NCBI GenBank assembly: GCA_963790205.1
Contig: CAWBNQ010000014.1
Coordinates: forward strand, 305,415 to 369,414
Source: Nitrospirota bacterium
Lineage (GTDB): Bacteria; Nitrospirota; UBA9217
Length of the DNA: 64,000 bases
Direction: 5' to 3'
The translations under genes were made by a program, and so were the position numbers. The stretch's first letter is position 1, and each line of letters starts with the position of its first letter. A model generated the notes under the pieces. It was not told the DNA's origin. It saw only the letters and a program-made list of their open reading frames with translations, and made no database searches. Shown piece by piece: positions 40,777 through 49,927 of the stretch.

Positions 40777-41635
40777 AGTTTCTCCGGCAAATACCGAGTA
40801 TCATCTCTTCCGCATGCCTTGAGGTTTGAACAAGGTGGAGGAAAATATGTAAATGGCGCATAATTCCGATTTCAAAGTATGCCCTGGCCAATGATGTAAC
40901 ATATGAAGGCGGATACGAGCATCCATCACGAGCTCATAACTTCAGGTTGTTGTCAGTGGCATGGTTCATCTGGTTATTTAAATGCAATTTCCATGCTCTA
41001 CAACTAACTCTTTGATTTATAACCTCCTATTTGAACAAGAAGGCATAGTGTAAATTTTCCCGATGTCACCTTATTGTAAAAATTTAATTGAATCTGACTT
41101 TTTTGATAAAAAATCGGTGGCATAGCTTGCGTTAAAATGTCCTATTATATTTTAAATACAATCACCAAGAAGAAGTGCACGAAGCATATTTTGTCCATTT
41201 CTATTACTTCGGCAAGTGTGATGCTGACGGTCCCGGCATGAATGCTTCCATTCGTATTTTCTGATTAGTCGTAACTTTGTGAACATAAATATTAAATGTA
41301 TATGAATCATGTTATAATAAATAGAATAGCATTAGGGACATAATATTGTTTGAAGGACTTTTTCTGCTAATGCATTTGCTCATAATTATTCTATCGCAAT
41401 CGTCATAACCAAAAATTGATTGGCCGGGAAAAGGCTAGAGTAGCCATATAAGAGAACGTGGACCAAGAAACGAGCCCAAGTCTAATCAACATAGGACGAT
41501 AAAAAAGAGTAATAATAATAAAGTTGTCTCATCCCATTCCAGGAGCCACCTACCGTTCTCATTTACTAAGCAGCGGTGTACTTTCAAATCATCTTTTTTA
41601 ATTTTTTTGAATAAGTTTTTAAGGTGCGCATCAGT

Positions 41636-42280
41636 ATGGATTTTAAAAAAATCATTATCAGTTTCCCGCTGGTTGTACTGCTTATCATATACAGCTACTA
41701 TTTTGCCGATGCAAGAGTAGCCTTGTTCGTCAGTAGAGCATGGATGTCCAATGCGCACTTGGCCGTCTATTCTGCTAATATCCCCGACTTTTTATTTCAC
41801 ATAGTTTGTATCATTACTGGTATTGCATGGATTGCATATTTCCGCCTTGCTCATAAAGGCATTCACAACACACATGCACGGTTCTTTTGGCTTGTTGCCG
41901 TTACTGTCCCCCTCACGTTTTTTCTTGAATCTACCCTTAAGCATATAGTTGGCAGAAGCAATACAAGATACTGGTTACATCACCCCAACATCAATGAGTT
42001 CCGCTGGCTCCACGGCGTCGGACACTACAATGGTTTTCCGTCAGGACACATGGCCGTGTTCACGGTCTTCCTTGTCGCCCTGGGTAGATTTTATCCACGA
42101 TACGGATCTGTGTTTTTTGGATTTCTATCAGTTCTGGCTCTGGCTTTAATCGCTACAGATTATCACTTCCTCAGTGATATTATTGGCGGCGTTTACCTCG
42201 GTTGGATTGTTCATTTCTATACCCTTCAAGGCTTAACATTATTGCATGACTTTAGGGAGCGTAAACGGGATAATTTATAA
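41636..42280 (+). CDS. PAP2-family membrane phosphatase
   Basis: K...GR, FPSGH, YHFLSDIIGG motifs. Confidence 0.88.
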   Translation: MDFKKIIISFPLVVLLIIYSYYFADARVALFVSRAWMSNAHLAVYSANIPDFLFHIVCIITGIAWIAYFRLAHKGIHNTHARFFWLVAVTVPLTFFLESTLKHIVGRSNTRYWLHHPNINEFRWLHGVGHYNGFPSGHMAVFTVFLVALGRFYPRYGSVFFGFLSVLALALIATDYHFLSDIIGGVYLGWIVHFYTLQGLTLLHDFRERKRDNL

Positions 42281-42544
42281 GGAATGAAAGTTAGTTTTTA
42301 AAAAGTACTGGATAACTCCTTATTCAGGAAACGATCCGGCCAATTAACCAAATCCTTTTTGTTGTGACTCTCTTGTTCCCACGTGGATTGAAAAATCCGG
42401 CTTCCAGCTCCAGCCGACATGCGAAGTACAAGCAAGCTGTTGAGGTTTCAGCTATGCTCGGACTTCAGATCCGCTGTTCCTTCGCGTAGCGGAGGAAGGT
42501 GAGTTAGATCCTTATGCCCTCGCGCCATTTTACAGTGTTTTTCA

Positions 42545-42838
42545 AACGGTACTCACGTGAAATGGGTATCTGTAGCTTTCAAAAAGGGCCACAATGAGGG
42601 CAGATATAGACAACTTAAGTTCCCATTGATCTCAGGCAAGACTTTGAATCAAACCTTGTCCAGCAAGGCGTTGACATTAACACGGTCAAAGAACTGTTGG
42701 GACATAAGGATCTGAGAATGACTGTCCGGTACTGCCATCTTACTCCTGAAAATCTGAGCGAAGCGGTAAAAGTCTTGGATACAAAGGAGAGTGGCCACGC
42801 TTTGGCTACGTTGGGAAAAGAAAAAAGAGCTAGCTGAT
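42545..42838 (+). pseudogene. Tyrosine integrase C-terminal relic
   Basis: [38 protein letters not shown] = H-x-x-R / LGH / Y boxes; N-terminus missing, frameshifted. Confidence 0.85.
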
Positions 42839-42859
42839 TAGCTAACTCTTTGATTTGAA

Positions 42860-42903
42860 TGGCGTCCCCAAAGGGATTCGAACCCTTGTTATCGCCGTGA
42901 AAG
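42860..42903 (-). tRNA. 3' half of tRNA-Glu(TTC); att-site duplication, not an intact tRNA
   Basis: Minus strand CTTTCACGGCGATAACAAGGGTTCGAATCCCTTTGGGGACGCCA (anticodon loop, T-arm, CCA); no D-arm or 5' acceptor strand. Confidence 0.9.
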
Positions 42904-43162
42904 TCGAAAAATCCTAAAACACCAGACCGTTGATGTTGTTCGGGTTTCCCGTTTTTCCTTGAAAATCAGGCTTTTTTCGGCGTCACGATTATTATATCTA
43001 TTACGATGATTTTGTCAATTTGGATTTAAATTAGCACATTTTTAGCACAGTAAAAAAGGCCTGAACATCGCCGATTCACAGCGATAACTTCGCCCAGCCT
43101 GTAGAAAACGCTTCTAATATCCTTCCGGCAGCAGAATCGCATTTCGAAATTCTTCCTAAAAT

Positions 43163-43486
43163 TCATTTCTGATCGAGTACCTTTTTCAGGTGATCAAGGC
43201 CCGATGCGGCAGTCGGCCAGCCGGCATAAAAGGCAATATGCGTGATCGCTGCGACCAACTCTTCCTTCGTCAAGCCGTTTTCGAACGCCTTCTTCAGATG
43301 GAATTCGACCTGTTCGATTCGGTTCAGGGAAACCAGGCAGGTGACCGTAATCAGGCTTTTGTCCCGCTGAGACAGAGGCGGACGTTTCCAGACATCGCCG
43401 AAAAGAACATCTTGGGTCAATTGCGCATAATCCGGGGCCAAAGCTTTCAACTCATCAGTAGCTTTTTTCACATCGTTGTCTGACAT
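43163..43486 (-). CDS. Carboxymuconolactone decarboxylase family protein
   Basis: LFGDVWKRPPLSQRDKSLIT, HIAFYAGWP. Confidence 0.92.
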   Translation of the reverse strand: MSDNDVKKATDELKALAPDYAQLTQDVLFGDVWKRPPLSQRDKSLITVTCLVSLNRIEQVEFHLKKAFENGLTKEELVAAITHIAFYAGWPTAASGLDHLKKVLDQK

Positions 43487-43535
43487 AAATACCTCCCTTT
43501 AAAAAGTAACAATAATACCGTTAATGCCGTTCGGA

Positions 43536-44552
43536 TTACGGCCGCAGCAGCGTCTTGATCGCGCGGCGCTCGTCCATGGCGCGATAGCCCTCCGCCACCT
43601 GGTCGAGAGGCAGGGTCATATCGAAGACCTTGCCGGGATTGATCTTGCCGTTCAAGGTAAGGTCAATCAGGTTGGGCAGGAAGCGGCGAACCGGCGCCGG
43701 ACCGCCGTGAAGGTGAACATGAGCGAAGAACAGCTGTTGTCCATCGAGCTCGACTCCGTGCGGGACACCGACAAAACCCACGTACCCGCCCGGCCGGGTA
43801 GCTCGGATCGCTTGCATCATCGATTCCTGGGTGCCGACACATTCCAGCACCGCATCCGCGCCGATCCCCTTGGTCATCTCCTTGATACGGGCAACGCCCG
43901 CGTCACCGCGTTCGGTCACGATATCGGTCGCGCCGAACTCACAGGCAAGCTTCTTCCTCGTCTCGTGACGGCTCATCGCGATGATCCGACCAGCGCCCAT
44001 CTGCTTTGCCGAGAGCACGCCGAGCAGCCCGACCGCACCGTCGCCGACCACGGCGACCGTTTTGCCCGGCTTCACATCCGCCGCGACCGCAGCAAACCAG
44101 CCGGTGCCCATGACATCCGAGAGCGTCAAGAGGCTCGGGATCATGTCAGCCGAAGGAATCGCAGGGGTAGGCACAAGGGTGCCGTTCGCATTCGGAATGC
44201 GTAGAAAAGGCGCTTGGGCTCCGAGGACCAGCTCCCGGTCCCGGCAGGAGGATTGATAGCCGATCTGACATGTGGGACAGGTATTGTCGGAGCTGAAGAA
44301 TGATCCGATAACGAACTGTCCGGGCTTGACCGACCGCACGGCGCTGCCGACTTCCTCGACAATGCCGCAGTATTCATGGCCCATCGGTGTTGGTTCGTTG
44401 ACCGGCTGAAGCCCGCGATAGGGCCACAGGTCGGACCCGCACACGCAGGTCGCCGAGATCCTGATGATGGCATCTGTCGGCTTTACGATTTTAGGGTCAT
44501 CGCGTTCTTCAAAACGTATATCGCGCGGCCCGTAGAGAACAGTACCTTTCAT
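43536..44552 (-). CDS. Zinc-dependent alcohol dehydrogenase family protein
   Basis: CVCGSDL, GHEYCG, GDGAVG. Confidence 0.92.
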   Translation of the reverse strand: MKGTVLYGPRDIRFEERDDPKIVKPTDAIIRISATCVCGSDLWPYRGLQPVNEPTPMGHEYCGIVEEVGSAVRSVKPGQFVIGSFFSSDNTCPTCQIGYQSSCRDRELVLGAQAPFLRIPNANGTLVPTPAIPSADMIPSLLTLSDVMGTGWFAAVAADVKPGKTVAVVGDGAVGLLGVLSAKQMGAGRIIAMSRHETRKKLACEFGATDIVTERGDAGVARIKEMTKGIGADAVLECVGTQESMMQAIRATRPGGYVGFVGVPHGVELDGQQLFFAHVHLHGGPAPVRRFLPNLIDLTLNGKINPGKVFDMTLPLDQVAEGYRAMDERRAIKTLLRP

Positions 44553-44576
44553 GGTGTATCTCCTTTATTTATGATA

Positions 44577-45014
44577 TCATGGGGTCTTGTCTTTCTCGAC
44601 CTGAATCGTACCGGACATCTCCGGTATATGCTCACCCCCCGATGTGACATGTCCCAGCTCATACAATCCACGGGCTGATTTGAATCCTTTGTAGAACATC
44701 ACGACGTCTCCCCAGGGGGAGTAATAAGCAAGTGTTCCTGCCCGGCCGCTATCGGCCAGCGGAGTATCAGCGGTGTTCAGTTTCTTTGGCGGGTAGAAAA
44801 TCTTCTCGTTGTTGCTATAATTCTCTACCGTGATGCTCAGCGGCAGCTGGGCATACAGATCCCGAGCTGCCGGACTGGAGTTGAGTTCGAACACCGTGGT
44901 ATTCCCGTTTGCCTTCACGCGTATTTTCATGGCCATTTGTTTCTCCGCTGCATTGGAGTAAGCAATGAGCATACAGATCGCAAGTCCGACAAAAACAGAT
45001 AGAGTACGATTCAT
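44577..45014 (-). CDS. Exported cyclophilin-like fold protein
   Basis: Signal peptide; AARDLYAQLPL, NEKIFYPP, LAYYSPWGDVVMFY. Confidence 0.85.
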   Translation of the reverse strand: MNRTLSVFVGLAICMLIAYSNAAEKQMAMKIRVKANGNTTVFELNSSPAARDLYAQLPLSITVENYSNNEKIFYPPKKLNTADTPLADSGRAGTLAYYSPWGDVVMFYKGFKSARGLYELGHVTSGGEHIPEMSGTIQVEKDKTP

Positions 45015-45043
45015 CGGATTTCTCCGGCCGCGCCACTATCTAG

Positions 45044-46376
45044 CAGTTTGCTGAAAAAGTCCTTTTCAAACGTGATGTAAATGCGTATAGTGGCGCAACG
45101 GCAGTTGACAAGGAGGCCACATGCGCGGTGAAAACGAGATTCAGAGCGGGATGTTCAGTTACTTTTCTCCTGAACAGCGTGTCCCGGCCCAGCATCCTCT
45201 GCGGGCGATCAAAGCCCATGCGGATACGGTTCTTGCAGAGCTTTCGCCGGTCTTCGACTCCATGTACAGCAACATGGGGCGGCCGTCGATCCCGCCGGAG
45301 AGGCTGCTGAAATCCCAGCTCTTGATCGCCCTGTACTCGGTGCGTTCCGAAACCCAGTTCTGCGAAATGGTGGATTATAACATTCTCTTCCGCTGGTTTT
45401 TGGATATGGACCTGGAAGAGTCGTCCTTCGATCCCACGACGTTCACGAAGAACCGGGATCGGCTTCTGGAACATCGGGTGGCCGTGAAGTTTTTTGATCG
45501 TGTGGTTAACATCGCCCGGAAAGGCGGGCTGCTCTCGGATGATCATTTTACGGTGGACGGCAGCCTTATTGAGGCCTGCGCCAGTCTGAAGAGCTTCCGT
45601 CCCAAGGACGAGGACCCTTCGGACCGCCCGACGACGGACGATGATCCGGGAAATCCCACGGTGAACTTTCGGGGTGAGAAACGGTCGAACAAGACTCATG
45701 CTTCTACCACTGATCCCGAGTCTCGTTTGATGAAGAAGAGCGCGGGCAAGGAGGCTAAGCTTTCTTTCGGCGCCCATGCCTTGATGGAGAACCGAAACGG
45801 CCTGCTGGTCGACATCACCGTTACCCCGGCAACGGGTGATGCGGAACGGGAGGCGGCCAAGGATATGCTTACCCGTCAGGCGCGGAAACGCGTTAAACCC
45901 AAGACCATCGGTGCCGATAAGGGCTACGATACCCAGGGCTTTGTTGAGGCCATGCGGGGCAGAGAGATCACGCCGCATGTTGCGGCCAACACCGAAAGAA
46001 GAGGCGGCTCTGCCATAGATGGACGCACCACGCGGCACGAAGGATACAACATCAGCCAGCGAATCCGAAAACGGGTGGAAGAGATCTTCGGATGGCTCAA
46101 GAGCATCGGCGGTTTCAGGCGGACACGGTACAAGGGAAGAGATCGAATCCACCTTCAAGCCTTGTTCGTCGGAGCTGCATACAACCTGCTGCGAATAGTA
46201 AATATCCAACGGCGAACTGCGGCTGCTACATAGCAAAAGCGCAGTAGAATCCCGATAATGGGTGCCGAAAGGCGATCTTGAATGAGCTACAAAGTGTGTC
46301 ATAGGCTTTGCAGTAGGATAAAAATCAAGCTCCGAATAGAATTTTTTAAACTGAAGGCCACTTTTTCAGCGGCCTG
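45044..46376 (+). mobile_element. IS5-family insertion sequence
   Basis: TIRs CAGTTTGCTGAAAAAGT / ACTTTTTCAGCGGCCTG; CTAG TSD at 45040-45043 and 46377-46380. Confidence 0.9.
45121..46233 (+). CDS. IS5-family DDE transposase
   Basis: HPLRAI, GRPSIPPE, VDGSLIEA, GADKGYD, RKRVEEIFGW. Confidence 0.93.
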   Translation: MRGENEIQSGMFSYFSPEQRVPAQHPLRAIKAHADTVLAELSPVFDSMYSNMGRPSIPPERLLKSQLLIALYSVRSETQFCEMVDYNILFRWFLDMDLEESSFDPTTFTKNRDRLLEHRVAVKFFDRVVNIARKGGLLSDDHFTVDGSLIEACASLKSFRPKDEDPSDRPTTDDDPGNPTVNFRGEKRSNKTHASTTDPESRLMKKSAGKEAKLSFGAHALMENRNGLLVDITVTPATGDAEREAAKDMLTRQARKRVKPKTIGADKGYDTQGFVEAMRGREITPHVAANTERRGGSAIDGRTTRHEGYNISQRIRKRVEEIFGWLKSIGGFRRTRYKGRDRIHLQALFVGAAYNLLRIVNIQRRTAAAT

Positions 46377-47561
46377 CTAGAATGTCGCAGCATCAATCAC
46401 GTATCTGTAGCGAGCCTTTTTATTCACCACATTCTCCCAGGCTTCATTGACCTGTTCGGCCTTTATGATCTGTATTTGTGGGTGAACTTTATGGTCCGCA
46501 CAGTAATTGACCACGTCTTGCGTTTCCTTCATGCCGCCGATCAGGGAAGCGTTGAAGTTTACCCGGCTGATGGAAAGGCCGAGGTTATTCAACGTCAGTT
46601 CGAACTTCTCGGGCATCCCTACCTGAGTATAGGTACCATATGGTTTCACGACCGAGGTGTATGCAGCGACATCGTATTGATAGGGAATGGTACAAATCAT
46701 GTAATCCAGCTTCCCTTTATAGGGTGCCAACTTGCTGAGGTCGTCCACAACAATTGCCTCTTTGGCCCCGAAAGCAAGAATGTCTTTCACCTTGCCGGGC
46801 GAGGTGGTAAAGGCGTAGACCTCTGCCCCTTTGGACACGGCAAGTTTGATCGCCATATGCCCCAGCCCGCCGATCCCGGCGACACCGGCTTTGACCCCTT
46901 TCTTCAAGTCGGCCTTCATCAACGGTGAATAGGTGGTAATGCCAGCGCAGAGCAGTGGGGCGGCCTCCGGGAAACTGATGTGGTCCGGAATGTGGACGGC
47001 AAAGTGATCCCGTACGACAATATTGGTCGAGTACCCGCCTTGTGAAATTCCCGTGGGAGAGCTTTTTTCCGGGTAGCCATAAGTAAATACGGTTTTCGGG
47101 CAGTACTGCTCTTCCGCATCCTTGCAGGTCTCACACTCCAGACAGCTGTCCACCATGCATCCGACACCCGCTCTGTCACCTACCTTGAACTTGGTGACAT
47201 TCTTCCCAACGGCCGCCACGACACCGACGATCTCATGACCAGGTACCTGAGGGTACTGTTGCGGCCCCCAATGCCCTTTCATCTGGTGGATATCGGAATG
47301 GCAGATGCTGGCATATTTGATGTCTATAAGTATATCGTTATCCCATACCGGCCGGCGCTCAAATGCCCAAGGCGTCAACTTGCCGGATGTGTCCCGTGCG
47401 GCATAGCCCTTTGTTTTTATGTTCATATTCGCGTCCCTCCCGTCTTTGGCTGCCGCAAAAAGGTCCGATGGGCCGGCAAACATAATGCCCGCCCCGACCA
47501 CGGCGGTCTGCTGGATAAATTTTCTTCTTGATAGTTCCTTGTCCTGGTCTTTTGTATTCAT
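46377..47561 (-). CDS. NAD(P)-dependent Zn alcohol dehydrogenase (cinnamyl-ADH-like) with Tat-like leader
   Basis: ICHSD, PGHEIVG, APLLCAGITTYSP, GIGGLG; SRRKFI twin-arginine motif. Confidence 0.9.
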   Translation of the reverse strand: MNTKDQDKELSRRKFIQQTAVVGAGIMFAGPSDLFAAAKDGRDANMNIKTKGYAARDTSGKLTPWAFERRPVWDNDILIDIKYASICHSDIHQMKGHWGPQQYPQVPGHEIVGVVAAVGKNVTKFKVGDRAGVGCMVDSCLECETCKDAEEQYCPKTVFTYGYPEKSSPTGISQGGYSTNIVVRDHFAVHIPDHISFPEAAPLLCAGITTYSPLMKADLKKGVKAGVAGIGGLGHMAIKLAVSKGAEVYAFTTSPGKVKDILAFGAKEAIVVDDLSKLAPYKGKLDYMICTIPYQYDVAAYTSVVKPYGTYTQVGMPEKFELTLNNLGLSISRVNFNASLIGGMKETQDVVNYCADHKVHPQIQIIKAEQVNEAWENVVNKKARYRYVIDAATF

Positions 47562-47615
47562 TTTCTTCCGCACTCCTTTCAATAAGCAGGTCTTCCTGCT
47601 TGTTCCTTCTGAAGC

Positions 47616-48155
47616 CTATACGTTCTTCCCCATTTCATATGCCTGATTCATCGTCTTGCTTCCTTTGATGTCTCCTTTACTCCAGGCACCGGTCCCATAG
47701 ATGACCCCTTTTTCTTTTGCCCCGTTCAGGCAGGAAGTAAATCCTCTGAATCCTTCCAACGTCCTTTCCAGTGCCTGCTTGCTGCCGGTTGCGGCGGCCA
47801 TGATAAAGAACATCTCCTTACCGCTGATCTTAGTATATCGCGCATAGGTCCTGTCGATTAGCGTCTTCATCTGTCCGTTCATCGTGTAAAAATATACGGG
47901 CGTCGCCATCACGACCACATCGGCCGCCATCATTTTATCCAGGACCTCGGCCATGTCATCCTTCTGGACACAGGTGCCGCCATTCCCTTGACAGGCACCG
48001 CATGCGACGCAATGGTTGATCTTCTTGTCCCGCAGGAAGATCTTTTCTGCCTCATGGCCAGCCTCTTTTGCTCCTCGCAGGAACTGATCACATAACAGGT
48101 CGGAATTTCCGCCCTTTCGCGGGCTCGCGGACAATACCAGTACTTTTCTGCTCAT
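47616..48155 (-). CDS. Flavodoxin-family / iron-sulfur flavoprotein
   Basis: SASPRKGGNS, CVACGAC..C, TPVYFY..KTLIDR. Confidence 0.9.
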   Translation of the reverse strand: MSRKVLVLSASPRKGGNSDLLCDQFLRGAKEAGHEAEKIFLRDKKINHCVACGACQGNGGTCVQKDDMAEVLDKMMAADVVVMATPVYFYTMNGQMKTLIDRTYARYTKISGKEMFFIMAAATGSKQALERTLEGFRGFTSCLNGAKEKGVIYGTGAWSKGDIKGSKTMNQAYEMGKNV

Positions 48156-48364
48156 ATGCCCCATCCTCTCCTTCGTTTAGTACTAATTTATGACGCAAAC
48201 TGCGGAACATCTGCTTGCTACCTCTGTTGACGATCATATCCTACCCCAGAAAGAATTGAGGTGGGTAGACCAATCCTGCTCATTTATTGCCTAATCCTCC
48301 GAAACGTTCGAAAATTGGTGTATCCACCAGTTAAGTCTGGTAATATATGGTCATGGAGGGATAA

Positions 48365-49306
48365 ATGATAATGCGGGCTGTTAAGAAGGTTATTGAGAAT
48401 AACGAAATGGAAGTTGCGCTCGAAGCGCTCAGAAAGAGCATTACCCGATCGGCCGATAAGGGCGACCTGATCAACACTGCAGTGCCGGGATTGCTGCTGT
48501 ATCAGCTGATCGAGCCTACCCAGCCGTCGAGCACTCTGTACGAGCCGTGCATTTGCGTGATTGCACAAGGGGCTAAACGCGTGGTGCTCGGTGACGAAAG
48601 CTTTGTGTATGACTCAAAACACTTTTTGATAACGTCCGTGGATCTTCCTGCATTTGTTCAGGTCGTCAAAGCAAACCGGGAAAAACCTTGCACGGGACTT
48701 GTATTTAAACTTGATCAGCGCGAGATGTCTCAATTGATGGTTGACAGCAATCTTCCCCCGCCGCGTCCGAACCAGTCCAGCCGCGGTATGGCAACCGGCG
48801 AGGTCACGGTGCCGCTCGTCACCGCATTTCAACGTTTAACCGACCTGCTTGCCGAACCGCAGGATATTCCCATTCTTGCGCCGATCATCCGGCGGGAAAT
48901 CTTTTACCGCTTACTTGTGGGTGATCAGGGTGCTCGTCTGCGCCAGATTGCGTCTGCGGGAAGTCAAAGCCAACAGATAGCGCGGGCAATCGATTGGTTG
49001 AAGGGTAACTTTACACAACCGCTGCGAATAGAGGAGCTCGCAAGCCAGGTCAATATGAGCACATCGACCTTCCACCATCACTTCCGGCAAGTGACGGCCA
49101 TGAGCCCGCTGCAATACCAGAAATGGCTGCGTTTGAACGAGGCGCGGCGGTTAATGCTCGCCGAAAAACAAGATGCGACGACCGCAGCGTTTCAGGTCGG
49201 CTATGAGAGCCCCTCACAATTCAGTCGCGAGTACGGTCGTTTGTTCGGTGCCCCGCCGCTGCGGGATATCACGAATTTGCGACAGATGGCAACTGTAGAA
49301 GCGTAA
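48365..49306 (+). CDS. AraC-family regulator (YqhC-like)
   Basis: AQGAKRV, MSPLQYQKWLRL, VGYESPSQFSREY; divergent from the oxidoreductase operon. Confidence 0.93.
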   Translation: MIMRAVKKVIENNEMEVALEALRKSITRSADKGDLINTAVPGLLLYQLIEPTQPSSTLYEPCICVIAQGAKRVVLGDESFVYDSKHFLITSVDLPAFVQVVKANREKPCTGLVFKLDQREMSQLMVDSNLPPPRPNQSSRGMATGEVTVPLVTAFQRLTDLLAEPQDIPILAPIIRREIFYRLLVGDQGARLRQIASAGSQSQQIARAIDWLKGNFTQPLRIEELASQVNMSTSTFHHHFRQVTAMSPLQYQKWLRLNEARRLMLAEKQDATTAAFQVGYESPSQFSREYGRLFGAPPLRDITNLRQMATVEA

Positions 49307-49321
49307 TGCTAAGCAAAAACT

Positions 49322-49351
49322 GAGAGCCCCGGATAGTCCGGAGCTCTCTTT
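49322..49351 (+). terminator. Intrinsic terminator after araC
   Basis: GAGAGCCCCGGA-TAG-TCCGGAGCTCTC followed by TTT. Confidence 0.7.
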
Positions 49352-49364
49352 GATCGTCGCTCGG

Positions 49365-49745
49365 CTAATATTCTTCCGGCAGCAGGATCGTGAAACCCTC
49401 GAACTCGGAGAATCAGAGCCAGAGCGTAACCGTGGCGGATCGGCGCGGGTCGGTCTGATAAATCACTTCAAAGGGGACAAGACTCTTCTCCCCTGCCCGC
49501 TTGAAGGCCGCAGCAGCCAGGAACAGAGTATCCCAAAGCCGTCCGCTGTAGTCCTGCCAGCCGGAAAGAAGCTCCGGCACCTGCACGAGCGCATGCACGC
49601 CCACAGTGAGACAAACCGGAACACGGAAACCCGCCTCTTTCGCCTCGGGCGTCTCGCTCACATCGACCAGTTGACCATCCGCAATAGCCTGCTCACGCGT
49701 GTACATGTGAATCACGCCCCACCCTTCTACGTGCTGCTTGTCCAT
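49365..49745 (-). pseudogene. DUF6573-like mobile-element protein with an in-frame TGA
   Basis: IHMYTREQAIADGQLVDVS..GRLWD; TGA at 49413-49415, then in-frame FSEFEGFTILLPEEY*. Confidence 0.7.
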
Positions 49746-49756
49746 TGTGCTACCTC

Positions 49757-49927
49757 CTATTTTCCGTTTGAGATTAATTCCGGCTCAGAGAACCGGAACG
49801 AAAGCTGAGGATCTACCGGGAACAAACGCGCCAAGGCACACCCGCCGCACTCCGCGCAGGCCGGGCCGACCTCGCACCAGCCGGAAGGACCGGCGACCTG
49901 GTTGAGGACCGCGACGACCTGCTCCAC
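49757..49927 (-). CDS. Unannotated 56-aa Cys-motif protein
   Basis: AAAGGAGG RBS, GTG start: MEQVVAVLNQVAGPSGWCEVGPACAECGGCALARLFPVDPQLSFRFSEPELISNGK; stop overlaps the next RBS. Confidence 0.55.
   Translation of the reverse strand: MEQVVAVLNQVAGPSGWCEVGPACAECGGCALARLFPVDPQLSFRFSEPELISNGK

Noticed and set aside
42860..42903. Functional tRNA-Glu gene
   Set aside because: 5' half absent
45040..46302. 420-aa minus-strand ORF
   Set aside because: Antisense shadow of the IS5 transposase
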